64,000 nucleotides of DNA from a virus. Taxonomy: Duplodnaviria > Heunggongvirae > Uroviricota > Caudoviricetes. A model generated the notes under the pieces. The model was not told where the DNA came from. It did no database searches and saw only the letters and a list, made by a program, of their open reading frames with translations. The stretch spans positions 10,063 to 74,062 of IMG/VR virus record IMGVR_UViG_3300037454_000941, one strand, 5' to 3'. This document shows positions 29,696-40,300 of the stretch, piece after piece (position 1 is the first letter of the stretch; every line of letters starts with the position of its first letter). The position numbers were made by a program, and so were the translations under genes.

Positions 29696-30406
29696 TTAGA
29701 TGAACCAGTCGGTGTCTCGGTTTTTCCACCGTTCTTCGGCGTCCTTGATGGCATCCTTGTCGGAAGCGAGCACAAGGTATCCACGAAGCATTGCGTAACC
29801 GTTGGGGAAAGTAAACGTCCAGATGTACAGGATGCACGGCTCGTCGACTCCCTTGACCTTAACCGGGATACCGTGTCCGAAATCCTTGTTGGCTTCGTAG
29901 TTCGATACGATGCTCTTGTAGAACTCATCATATGGCATGTTGGTTATGCCAACCAGGTCGTAATGGTTGAGGCGGCTTTCCAGTTCACCGTGTGCATAGA
30001 CTCCGCCAACGTGTTCAGACGGTATCCCGGTGCGCTCGCCGGCAAACTCGTATTTCAGTTTTGGCGCACTTGGTTCTTCCGGCTTGGGTTCGGCAGGTGC
30101 CGCGCCGGTTTCCTGTGGATTGGGAGGACAGTCGAAACATGCTTTCACGCCTTCTTCGATCGCCTCGATGAGTGCACCGTTACTGTCGGTGCGCAGTTTG
30201 CCAATAGCTTCGCACAGCTTGGACAGTGGGCTACTGTTTACCACCGTACTCCCGATTGCGGGTTCCGCGGGGGTTGCTGGGTTCGCGCCGGACTCAAAGG
30301 CAGCCTTTGCGCCGGCTATGATGGTTTCGAGAATGTGATGGTTGGATTCGGTCCTCAATGTTTCCATTGACTCGAAAAATTTTTTCTGCAGTTCCTGGGA
30401 GACCAT
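29696..30406 (-). CDS. Hypothetical protein with tandem N-terminal helical repeat, putative head-internal protein
   Basis: ATG 30406 after TATAAACT(-) 30433; repeats FFESMETLRTESNHHILETIIAGAKAAFES and LCEAIGKLRTDSNGALIEAIEEGVKACFD. Confidence 0.7.
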   Translation of the reverse strand: MVSQELQKKFFESMETLRTESNHHILETIIAGAKAAFESGANPATPAEPAIGSTVVNSSPLSKLCEAIGKLRTDSNGALIEAIEEGVKACFDCPPNPQETGAAPAEPKPEEPSAPKLKYEFAGERTGIPSEHVGGVYAHGELESRLNHYDLVGITNMPYDEFYKSIVSNYEANKDFGHGIPVKVKGVDEPCILYIWTFTFPNGYAMLRGYLVLASDKDAIKDAEERWKNRDTDWFI

Positions 30407-30630
30407 TTTATACTCCGGTTCGTACTGTCGGAAGTTTATAACATAGCGGCGAGAAAACTCACCCATCTTTAGTGGGTGAGATGAAAGCCGCTTGACGATT
30501 TTCGGAATTTTTGCTACATATATAAACTGATATACGAAGGCAACTCGCACTTGTCGTCGTGGAAAAGTTTAAGATGTACTTAGGTACATTGTGTCCTACC
30601 GGAAGTGCGAGTTCCGGTAGGATTTTTCGT

Positions 30631-31902
30631 ATGATAGTCAAGAAAGGCATAGAAATCAAGCTATATCCGAATAAGGCGCAGAAGGTATTCTTTGCAAAGA
30701 CCTTCGGTTGCTGTCGTTTTGTGTATAACCAGTGCCTTAAAATTAAGTCATATATCTACGAAGAGACCAAGATGTCTTTCCAGCCGAAATTGAAGTCGTT
30801 TAAGGAAGAATGGGAATGGCTCAAGGAAGCCGACTCGCAAGGACTGGCTAATGCCTATATGGATATGAACCAAGCCCACCAGAACTTCTTTACTGGTAAA
30901 TCCAATTATCCGAGGTACAAGTCCAAGAAGGACAAGCAGAGCTACCGGAATGCTATGTGCCACAAGGATATTAAGAAACTAATTGTTGGCAATTCTATTG
31001 TACTGCCGAAGGTTGGTGCGGTCAAGTGCCGTTTCGGCAAGACATTCGAACACGAAAACATCGTTAAAATTTACAATGTTACAATCAAGAAAAGCAAGAA
31101 AGGCGACTATTATTGCTCAATATGTTGTGATGTTGATGTGCCGGAAATGGAACATACTGGCGAATGCGTAGGACTCGACCTCGGCATCAAGTCGTCCATC
31201 GTGATGTCCAACGGAGAAGTTATTAAGAATCCGCACTTCGAGGCGAAGTCGGAACGAAAGATTAGGCATTTGCAGAGGAAACTTGCAAAGGCGAAGAAAG
31301 GTGGCAGTCGATACGAGAAAGTTCGTATTCAACTGGCCGCAGCCTATGAAAAACTGGGTAACAGAAGGAAAAACTTCCTTCATCAAGTATCGCACAGATT
31401 AGTCCGTGACTACGATATCATCTGTATGGAGAACCTTAACATAAAGGGAATGCAGAAAAACCATTGTCTTGCTGGCGCGTTGGCCAATCAGGCACTCGGT
31501 ACACTAACTAAGATGATAGAGTACAAAGCTCAATGGCATAACCGTACGGTCGTTAAGGTAGGACGGTTCTTCCCCAGTTCGCAACTATGCAACAACTGTG
31601 GGCATAGATACCATACATTGAAACTTAGCGAACGCGAGTGGATATGTCCAGACTGTGGTAGCGTAATAGATAGGGACTGGAATGCCGCCAAGAACATACT
31701 TGATGAAGGTCTTAGAATACTAGATAATGAAGGTACCCCGCGAACCGGGGAAGCCGTGGTCTTTCGACCGCTATGCCTTGCGGAGAACCCAACTGTGGAT
31801 GACCGTCTTAACGACCTAAAAAGCAGTGGTGCGATGATGCGGGAAATTCAACTGGTTGCACCGGTGGTTAACGAAACCCACCGGTCTTTAGCCGGTGGGT
31901 AG
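30631..31902 (+). CDS. tnpB: RNA-guided endonuclease TnpB
   Basis: KLYPNKAQ...FGCCRFVYN HTH, GLDLGIK, ICMENL, FPSSQLCNNCG, CPDCG, DRDWNAAKNI. Confidence 0.95.
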   Translation: MIVKKGIEIKLYPNKAQKVFFAKTFGCCRFVYNQCLKIKSYIYEETKMSFQPKLKSFKEEWEWLKEADSQGLANAYMDMNQAHQNFFTGKSNYPRYKSKKDKQSYRNAMCHKDIKKLIVGNSIVLPKVGAVKCRFGKTFEHENIVKIYNVTIKKSKKGDYYCSICCDVDVPEMEHTGECVGLDLGIKSSIVMSNGEVIKNPHFEAKSERKIRHLQRKLAKAKKGGSRYEKVRIQLAAAYEKLGNRRKNFLHQVSHRLVRDYDIICMENLNIKGMQKNHCLAGALANQALGTLTKMIEYKAQWHNRTVVKVGRFFPSSQLCNNCGHRYHTLKLSEREWICPDCGSVIDRDWNAAKNILDEGLRILDNEGTPRTGEAVVFRPLCLAENPTVDDRLNDLKSSGAMMREIQLVAPVVNETHRSLAGG

Positions 31903-31907
31903 TTCAT
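31725..31907 (+). ncRNA. Putative omegaRNA (reRNA) scaffold of this TnpB; guide would extend into the right flank
   Basis: TnpB omegaRNAs are known to overlap the tnpB 3' end and right end; a 35-nt block here is conserved in the mini-element at 34114. 5' boundary approximate. Confidence 0.65.
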
Positions 31908-31916
31908 AACTGGAAA

Positions 31917-32279
31917 CTACCAATATTGCCTGGCTTGCCGCATTATGGCCATGAGTTGCTCACGGTCTTCTACATCCTCGGGAAGGGAATCTATCGGGGC
32001 CACCTGCTGGATGTCGCGCAAATCCCCTGGAATTTTGCGATCGAGGAGGAACGCGGTCAGGCTTTCCGTACCCTCGTCGACACGGGCAACGAAATTCTTG
32101 GCAAGTTCCTCGTCGTCGGTCTCGATTATGCGGATGTACCCCTTGCTTGTCATGGTAAGGACGACAAACTGGTGCACAGGGAACATGCAGTGGTGTGCAA
32201 CCATCGACCCGATCATTTTGAACCAGTTGCCCAGGATGCACCCATACAGTGAGAGTTCTATGATACGTCCGTACGTCAT
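31917..32279 (-). CDS. Hypothetical protein
   Basis: 120 aa, ATG just after a TAGTTT box. Confidence 0.5.
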   Translation of the reverse strand: MTYGRIIELSLYGCILGNWFKMIGSMVAHHCMFPVHQFVVLTMTSKGYIRIIETDDEELAKNFVARVDEGTESLTAFLLDRKIPGDLRDIQQVAPIDSLPEDVEDREQLMAIMRQARQYW

Positions 32280-32294
32280 GCTAGAAAACTATTC

Positions 32295-34085
32295 CTAAAC
32301 CTCGGAGAATATCATCTGGCTCGTCTTGAACGGCATAACGAATCCGCCGAAGTGGGTCCCTATCTTTGCCTCGACCAGTGTAGGCTTCTTGTCCCTCGTC
32401 AGCATCTTGGCAATGAACCCGGCTGGCGCCTTGGTGAACATCATGTGTTCCTTCGGGACGAAAATGTACACCGGGGGGTGACCGTCGCGGTTGAGCATGG
32501 TGGCATATTCTTCTTCCGGGAGATGGAGCATGTCCATGTACACTTTCGCCCCCTTGGTTGGGGAGAGGACGTTGTACATCTCGATAATGAAGTCACGTGT
32601 CAGTTGAACGGTGCCTATCGACGAGTTGACATGTTTACCGTTTCTTGGGTACACTTCGACCATCAGCTCGGCATTTGTGGTATTGAGCACATCCTGGGCA
32701 TCGATGGTAATGCGGTTTAAGGCGCAACGCACCCCTTTTGCATGATGGAAATCCTGCAACACCTTGATCGGCGATGACAGGCCAATCTTCTTGAGCATCT
32801 TCTTGACCTTCCAATAAGCCTCGCGAACGTGCCAGAAACGCTTGTCTTTCAGGATAGTTTGTATCTCGGGGCTCCCGAAGTTGATAAACGGGAATCCCAT
32901 TGTCGTGATGACGGGTTCGTCCCATAGCACGGACGAATTTTCCTCGGAAAATCCGGGAGGGACTTCGACCGGGTTCAGGTATCTGGTCTTATCCCCGTCG
33001 ACGAACGTGTGCCCGCCCGAAAGGTTGGTGTGCGGGATGCTCCCGCCGGATTTTCCGGTTGCAGGCATGACGTACTTGCCCGAATCCGTGCGGTTTATTA
33101 GGATGTCCTTCACGATGTCGCTGGTTACGCCGGGCACGTAATGTAGAAGGAACTGTGCGTTTGGGCTGTTGGACTCGATGTCCTTTTCGATTGCCGATAC
33201 TGCGTCGAGGATCTGTTCTTTATTACCGGCGTGATTGAATACTTCGCTCAGGACACGGGCCGGAATCGGGTACTTGGTCTGGGGTTTCCATTGTGCCCCC
33301 GCCTTTTCACGACCTTCCCCGGAACCCGAACGCGCATTCGTCTGCTGGGCCGAGTATGGCTGTGCGGTCGGCGTACCCGACGTGGAGGAATTGAAACTGG
33401 GGACATCGGGTATGAATGCAGGGGAGTCATCGGCTGGTTCCTCCGGCGGATCAAACGACGTGACCTCCGGGAGTTCACCGTTGGATGCGGGGGAACCCGA
33501 TGTCTCGTCCTGCTGGGGTGGTTGGGGCGATGCCTCGTGCAATGCGCCGTTTATCTTGGCGACAGCCGCATCGTCATACGGCTGGGAAAACTTCGTGACA
33601 TACTGTGACGCGAGGTCGGCTGCCGCGGAAAGCTGGGCCGGGCTGGCGGATTGGATATTTTGGAGGTCAATGCCATCGTCCAGCAGTTTCGCGATGTTCA
33701 GCGCGGTGTACCCTTCTGGATTGGCCGACTTCAGTGCGTCGAGCGCAGGGGAGTGCGGGTAGTCGCTCGTGCCGTTGACTATGGAGAACGCATGTCCTAG
33801 CCAGGAAACTATCGTCTCGGCATCCTCGGATGATGGTCCCGCCGAAATCTTGTAAATATTGAGTATGTTAAGGGCACCCTGGGACACCTGTATCCCGCGA
33901 GTGGACACGCGCAGGATGCGGTATACGGCGTCGATGGCATCCTGACTCACCCCGGCATTGGCCATTTGGGTAAATGCGACTGACCAAAGCTCCGGTGAAC
34001 CGTTCACGAAGCGTTTCGGTTTCGTCTTGTTCGGATCGGCGACCCCGCTGTTCAATTCTGTTAGACCGATGAGCTTAGTAGGCAT
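32295..34085 (-). CDS. Hypothetical protein, putative virion-internal; paralog of 25009-26571
   Basis: TATAAATC(-) at 34107; DEPVITTMGFPFINF and GHPPVYI shared with the 529-aa ORF. Confidence 0.75.
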   Translation of the reverse strand: MPTKLIGLTELNSGVADPNKTKPKRFVNGSPELWSVAFTQMANAGVSQDAIDAVYRILRVSTRGIQVSQGALNILNIYKISAGPSSEDAETIVSWLGHAFSIVNGTSDYPHSPALDALKSANPEGYTALNIAKLLDDGIDLQNIQSASPAQLSAAADLASQYVTKFSQPYDDAAVAKINGALHEASPQPPQQDETSGSPASNGELPEVTSFDPPEEPADDSPAFIPDVPSFNSSTSGTPTAQPYSAQQTNARSGSGEGREKAGAQWKPQTKYPIPARVLSEVFNHAGNKEQILDAVSAIEKDIESNSPNAQFLLHYVPGVTSDIVKDILINRTDSGKYVMPATGKSGGSIPHTNLSGGHTFVDGDKTRYLNPVEVPPGFSEENSSVLWDEPVITTMGFPFINFGSPEIQTILKDKRFWHVREAYWKVKKMLKKIGLSSPIKVLQDFHHAKGVRCALNRITIDAQDVLNTTNAELMVEVYPRNGKHVNSSIGTVQLTRDFIIEMYNVLSPTKGAKVYMDMLHLPEEEYATMLNRDGHPPVYIFVPKEHMMFTKAPAGFIAKMLTRDKKPTLVEAKIGTHFGGFVMPFKTSQMIFSEV

Positions 34086-34113
34086 ACTGTATTTCGCTTT
34101 TTATGAGATTTAT

Positions 34114-34310
34114 ATAGTGGGTGGCGAGAAAACTCACTCATCTTTAGTTGGTGGGTGAGGGCCGCCATAAAGAAATTACAATGAAATAATTTTAGGGTAG
34201 GCTCACGCAAATGAGGAGCCTCCTGTGGATGACCGTCCTAGTGACCTAAAAAGCAGTTGCCCCGTTAACAAGCAGGAAATCCACCGGTCTTTAGCTGGTG
34301 GGTAGTTCAT
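34114..34310 (+). mobile_element. Non-coding mini derivative of the 30440 element (left end + compact omegaRNA + right end)
   Basis: ggcgagaaaactcac left end, ctgtggatgaccgtc..gacctaaaaagcagt block, ccaccggtctttagctggtgggtagttcat right end; TTTAT at 34109. Confidence 0.88.
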
Positions 34311-34373
34311 ATTTGAGTGAATCGGTTATAAACTAGTGTTGTATATTGATTACGGTCAAGATGCAGCCGTTTA

Positions 34374-37300
34374 ATGAGGTTTATGATGGCAGAGAACGCC
34401 CCGCTTTATGAAGCAACGACAATGGAAGCAACGACGGCCATTTCCGGGTTGGAAAAATCACTCAATGCGGTCAAACCATTGGGCATGGTCTTCCCGAAGG
34501 CCGAATCCGGGGGCAGCACGTACAGGATTGGTGAATCATCCGGGATGCAAGACTTCCCGCAGAACCTTGCATCGGTAATCTATGCCGCCTTCCACAAGGA
34601 TGACGATCCCGAATTCTACAAGGCCATATGCGCCTCGGCTGCATACGGTCGCTATGATTACGATCCGAAGACCGGGCGATTCACGCCTACTGAATTTAAC
34701 TTCGAGGGACGACCTGTAGAAGGACGTATCAACCAGTCATCGATGTACGGCCAGAAACCCTCGATTGCCGGGTTCAACCGTGACGACCAGAGTAAGGGCG
34801 AAGAAAGGGATATTGTCATTGGCTACCTTCTTCATCCGGAAAAACTCGTCAATGCGTCAAAGACATTCAGTGAAGCATTGCATAATGTCCTTGAATATGC
34901 CGCGCCGGAAGGTACCGACATGCCGTTGCTGGACAAGCTCAAAGGCATCAAGGACAGGATCCGATCCAAGTACGTTAGTGACTTGATGCGGCTTCGCGGT
35001 GTCAGGGGTGCCGGGACGGCAACCCCGAATGCCCTCGTGAGTCCACAAGACCGCAAGACAAGGGAAGCGAATGGGTTGCGCACGGCATCTATTTCCGAAG
35101 ATGAAATCTATGCATACCTGGCCTGCAACATGGCCGAAGATTTCGCCAATGATATCCTGGCTGCAGCGGAAGAAGCATCTTCTGGAAACGCGAAGGGTAC
35201 AGTGCAAGTACAGGATGTCCTGGATTTTGCCGAGCAATGGGTGGGCAACAATGGCAGCGGCGCCCGAATCAAGCGTGAAAAACGTACCGGCGACGATGCT
35301 GTTGATTACGAGCCGTTGGATGTAAAGACACGCAATGACTTGATAAACGCTCCGGTTGCACCCGAGTTTGTTATTCCGATGTTCGCGCAGAATGTCGGAT
35401 GCTTCTCCGCCGTTGACGTAAAGGGAACCGCCGCTCTCGAAGATGCGAGGATGGGTTATCGCACGATCGGTCGTGCACTCGGGGTGAAACTCCCTCCCGA
35501 ACCGACAGGCAAGGATGGGGCTTCGGCTTCGCCGGAAGCATTGGTTGAATTCAACGAAGGTGCCCGCGAATCGATTAACGAGTTTCTTGCCGAACTTGCC
35601 GAAGATACCGATCGCGCAAAGGAAGTCCGCGAACGCGCCGTTGAATACGTGAATGCGGCTGCTATACCGGATTCGTTGAAAAAGCGAATTCTCACCAATG
35701 TGTTCCAGATCAAAAAGGGCCAGTTGTATACTAAGTACCCAAGCATTGCGGGTACAGCCGATGAATTCAGGTACAGGAAGACCGGTGTCGGTCTGGGCAA
35801 GATTTCCTCGAAGATTACCGATATCTATAATCCGAATGAAGGATTGTTCAAGGTTGTTGCCGATAATCATCCCGGCCAGGATGGATGGAAGTCGAATGAC
35901 GAGTTCACTGTCGATCTCGATGGCATCAGGAAAAGCGTATCCAGGACAGATGACGACACCCTCCATAACTACGAACGTCCGGCACTCGTTGAATACGTTG
36001 ATACCGACCGGTCATTTGCAACGTATGCCATATGGAAGGGAATTGTCCCGTACAGCAAGATAGAAGATAACCGCGCTACGTACGATATTGGCCAAAGCGC
36101 CGAGACCAAGGAAGCTCGCGCGGCCAGTGCGGGCGACACGGTGCTTGACACCATGAAGGGGGTCGAAAATCGCGGAACCTTTGCTTCGCTCACCGGTTCC
36201 ACCGCTGCAGGCTCCGATGAATCACTGGGTAGCAATGATGCCGAGGTGCGCACTAATCTGACAAAGATTGCAAGTGAACTGGGTGCTTTCGGGGTCGGCG
36301 AGAACGCGCTCTTTGGTAACCCAAAGGTCAATCGACTGGATAATGAAAATTTGCGTAACTATCTGATGCTTGCGGCAATAGACAACTACACCAGCAGGCT
36401 GAGCAGTTACATGAACAGGAACCTGACGGAGGATTCCGCGCAGCTGAAGGCGGCTTTCATGGCCGTCATGGGTAACCCCAAGATTATCTTGGGTAATGCA
36501 TCCAATGCCGATATCCTCGAACAGATTGTTGACAAGCTGGATGAGTTTTCTGCCGCGACCGAGGCCGGTGGCGGTGACTTTGGTACCGGGCGTGAAATTG
36601 CCAGGTCGTATCTGTCCACGTTCTTTGACAACATCGATTCACAGAATGTGCCCGGTATGCTTGCCGAGACATATGGCGTGGGCAGTGATTCCTTGGCGGC
36701 GGCACTTGCCGCATACGACGCTGATTTGGCAAATGCAGCCAAGTCGATATGCGCCGGGTATGGCTACATTGGCCTGAAACAGACATCCGATTACGTCGGT
36801 GGAAAATATGGCTCCGGAAATCAGGTGGCCATTGAATCCCCGGCAAACTACAATTCCCCTGCGGGCGGTTTCCGCGAGACTCCGAAGGTACACGAGGCGC
36901 GTGGTTCTCTTCGTACCATCGTTGAACGGGTGGGCGAATTGGTGGCTGCTGCCAAGGCCGATCCGACTTCCAGCCTTGCTAAGATGGAAAAGATTGCATC
37001 CGGAGTAAAGAGTTCTGGATTGGTCGATGCATCCGCTATGGATCGCGCCGAGGCAGATGCGAAGAAGGTTCTGGGTGTTGCTGGCGGCACGACCGTGGCA
37101 AAGCCGGTGGAAACGGTATATGCGCTTGCATATGCTGTGTTGAAGGGCATGCTGTCAGGGAATGGTCGGATACGGAAACTTACCGAACACATCAACAAGG
37201 TGATTAAGCCGGTCGGCGGCAGGCTCTCCCGTCGCATGAGGGAATCCATCGGGAAGTTGGAAAAGAACATGATGGATCGCGCGGGTGACTTTGGCAAGGC

Positions 37301-40300
37301 ACTTGGTACATTGGGTGTAATCCACAAGCTCAGTGCCGGCGGAAATGACTTCAAGCCGATTCACGATATCGCGCGTGAAGACGCGAACCCGCATACGTTC
37401 ACCATGTATGGCGCTCTGGTCAGTGCCGTGCGTACTTGTCGCGACATGGCCAAGAAGATGGGTAACCTTTCGGATGACCTCATTGATCGCGTGACCGTCG
37501 ATGTGGGTGGGCGCCCGAACGTTGGAGAGCCGGAGAGCAACACGCTCGGTGAAGAGGGACTGAAGGATGTGCAGGTCCCCCCGGAGGAAAGTTCTGGTAT
37601 AAGCGACCGTGTGGAACAGCGCGCCAAGGAATGGCAGCCCAGCGATGAAACCAACACCTATCTTGGGTTCAGTGGTTACATGGGTATCGACACCGTTAAG
37701 CGCGGCCCGCACGAGGTGGAAGATGCCAAGACGATGGACTTGGCAAATGTCGAAGTGGCGACCACTGGTCTCTCCAAGGCTGCACTCATTGACTGCGTCA
37801 GGATGATTGACGATGCCCGCAGCATCATCGCGAAGGAAAACCGTAGCGGTGAAATGGGGAGCATGGCAAGGAAGTATAGCAACCCCGAAATGTGGGCCAG
37901 CTCGATAGTGGCAACCGCCGGTGATTACATGGAATCCAACCTGAGGATTGTTGCTCCCGACTATACGCGCACTGCAACCGGTGCACACGAGTTGTCTCCG
38001 GAAGTTGCGGAATCCTGGAAGGAAATTGCCGATAATACGCTTGATGGAATTAAGGCCAAGTGTACCCAGACCGCGGATGCGCGTATGGCTGCCGTGGCCA
38101 ACAAGGTACAGGCGTTGCTTGACCGACTGGTGGTAAACCCACGTACGCTTGAAGACGTGTCAAATGTGAGCACTGCTCTCGCCAACATAATCAGGTATGT
38201 CGGCGAATACATGTACGACGTGTCCATGCCCGATCCGGTAAGCGGACAGTTCAACAAGCATCTGTCTCCGACCAAGGAAATGATCAGGATGGCCAGCATG
38301 CGTTCCATGCCGGGTCAGTCCGTTCGTGGCCAGCTTTCCGACGAAGGCGCGGCGAGTGCGGCAAACTTCGTCCGCTCGGTGGGCAATAGTATCGATGGCG
38401 CGGGTGAACTTGCCGAGACGCTTGCCAATCTCTATGCGATTTATGGGAGAGGCGACACCGAGGGTTATGATACCGCGCTCGGCGCGATGCGTGCCGGCGA
38501 GCATGCTGCGGAAAACAAGACTGACCGAGTGAAGACCGCGCTTCATGGTGGTAAGGCGCCTACTGAATTTGCGGCAATGCTCTATAACCGCGTATTTGAG
38601 TCCGAAGCAAATAATGACCGCGCATATGGATCGGTTGTGGACGCCATCAAGGCGGTTGCTGCTGGGAACCCATTGACTACGGCGGAGGCCAATGTCACCG
38701 AGGGTCGTTATGATTCCGAGGCGACACAGGAAGTGTCCATAGATTCCAACGGTCGTCTCGCCAAGACGAACGAGAATGGCGAAGTCATTGATCGCGCGGA
38801 ACCGGATGTCATGGATGATATTTTCCATATGGCCGGCCTGAATGGTACCGTGCAGAACGGTCCAATGAAGGGACGTACCTATGCGTCCTGTGGCTTCGGG
38901 AACGCATCAATGGCCGAAATGCCGCTTGATGAAATCGACGGTAAGGTTGGCCGCGCGCTCGCTACCGCCCTTAGGGTGCAGATGGTTGACCGCCTGTTGT
39001 CCGACCGTACCTTCAACAACCTGCGCAACAACTCGGAACTCTGGGGTAAGCTGGTCAACATGTTCAGCGAGCTCGCGTTCGATCTCGACGGTGTGGCGGC
39101 TGCGTTGCTCTTTGCCACGCTTGACTACCCGATCCTTAATGCTGCCCAGGAAGCCCGCCAGGCCCGTTTGCGCAAGGCGGCCAAGGAAGACACTGCACTG
39201 GGTGAGGATGTTATCGCGGAGCGTCTGTCCCAGCAGCGGTCCGGTTCGGAAAACATGAGGATCAAGCCGCTTGCCGTGGCAATCATGAAGGGCCTCTTTG
39301 GTGCCAACGAGACATTGCGTTCCGAGGGCATGGAAGAGTTGACCCGGATACTCGGCGACGAACCGACACAGAGATTCCTGTCGTCGCTCGATAAGAATGA
39401 ATTGAGTGAATTCAGTATCAAGCAGAAAACGGCTTTCTCGAATGCCAAGGCCAAGGAACTGATCGAGCAGTATGGCAAGAGCGCGAGCGAGAAGATGTTC
39501 GCCAATGCATCTGATGATGAAAAAATGGCCAGGGCGCTGACTACAATAAGGAGCGCCATAGATTCGGTCGCCTACGGCAAAACCGTAGCCGGGCACACGC
39601 CGGATGATTACTACAAAAACATCATTCCGGGGCTCATTGGTAAGGATCTCAGCGAAGCTCTCCTCCGGCCATTTGTCGGAGCGTACGACAATGCCAAAAA
39701 CCGAGACACGGTCGATCAGGTAATCAGCCGCTTGATGTACAGCTTGACCCATTCCAATAGTGCAATCTACACTGCCCTGAAGCGTACTTTGGGCATTGGG
39801 GTGGATTCCAAGTCGAGTCTTGCTCGTACCGATCGTGACCGCGAATTGAGGGGTGACACCGCCGGCGCATCCCGCTCCATGAACATGGGTGCATGGGAGA
39901 AGCTCAGCGAACACATCAAGGAAAAGCTCGAAAAGTTCGATGTGAAGAATTCCGATGCCGCCGAACGGATGGCATTGGGGCGCAGCTTGCGCGAACTCGG
40001 CTTCGAATCGGACGTGAACGCATTCTGCTCGGATGTCATGGGTAACCCGGATAGACAGGCCGATATCGCGGATAAGTACGCCAAGAATCCGGATAATTAC
40101 AGCGATGAGCTCCGGAAACACCTGGAAGGCGCCCTCGGTACGCTTACTCCGACATCTGAACACCCAACCGAACAGCTGGTGGTCGATATCGCTCGCCGGA
40201 TGGAAGGTATGGAACCGCCGCTCCGTGGAATGAATATCGTCCGCGATGCCGATGGTAGGGAACGCCCGTTTGTCAAGTTCGCGAACTCCAAGTCTGCCCG

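Larger units (their letters stand above)
30440..31907 (+). mobile_element. IS200/IS605-family (IS1341-like, tnpB only) element
   Basis: Left-end hairpin ctcaccca-tcttta-gtgggtgag, right-end hairpin cccaccgg-tcttta-gccggtggg followed by tagttcat; TTTAT target-like motif at 30435; no tnpA. Confidence 0.88.
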
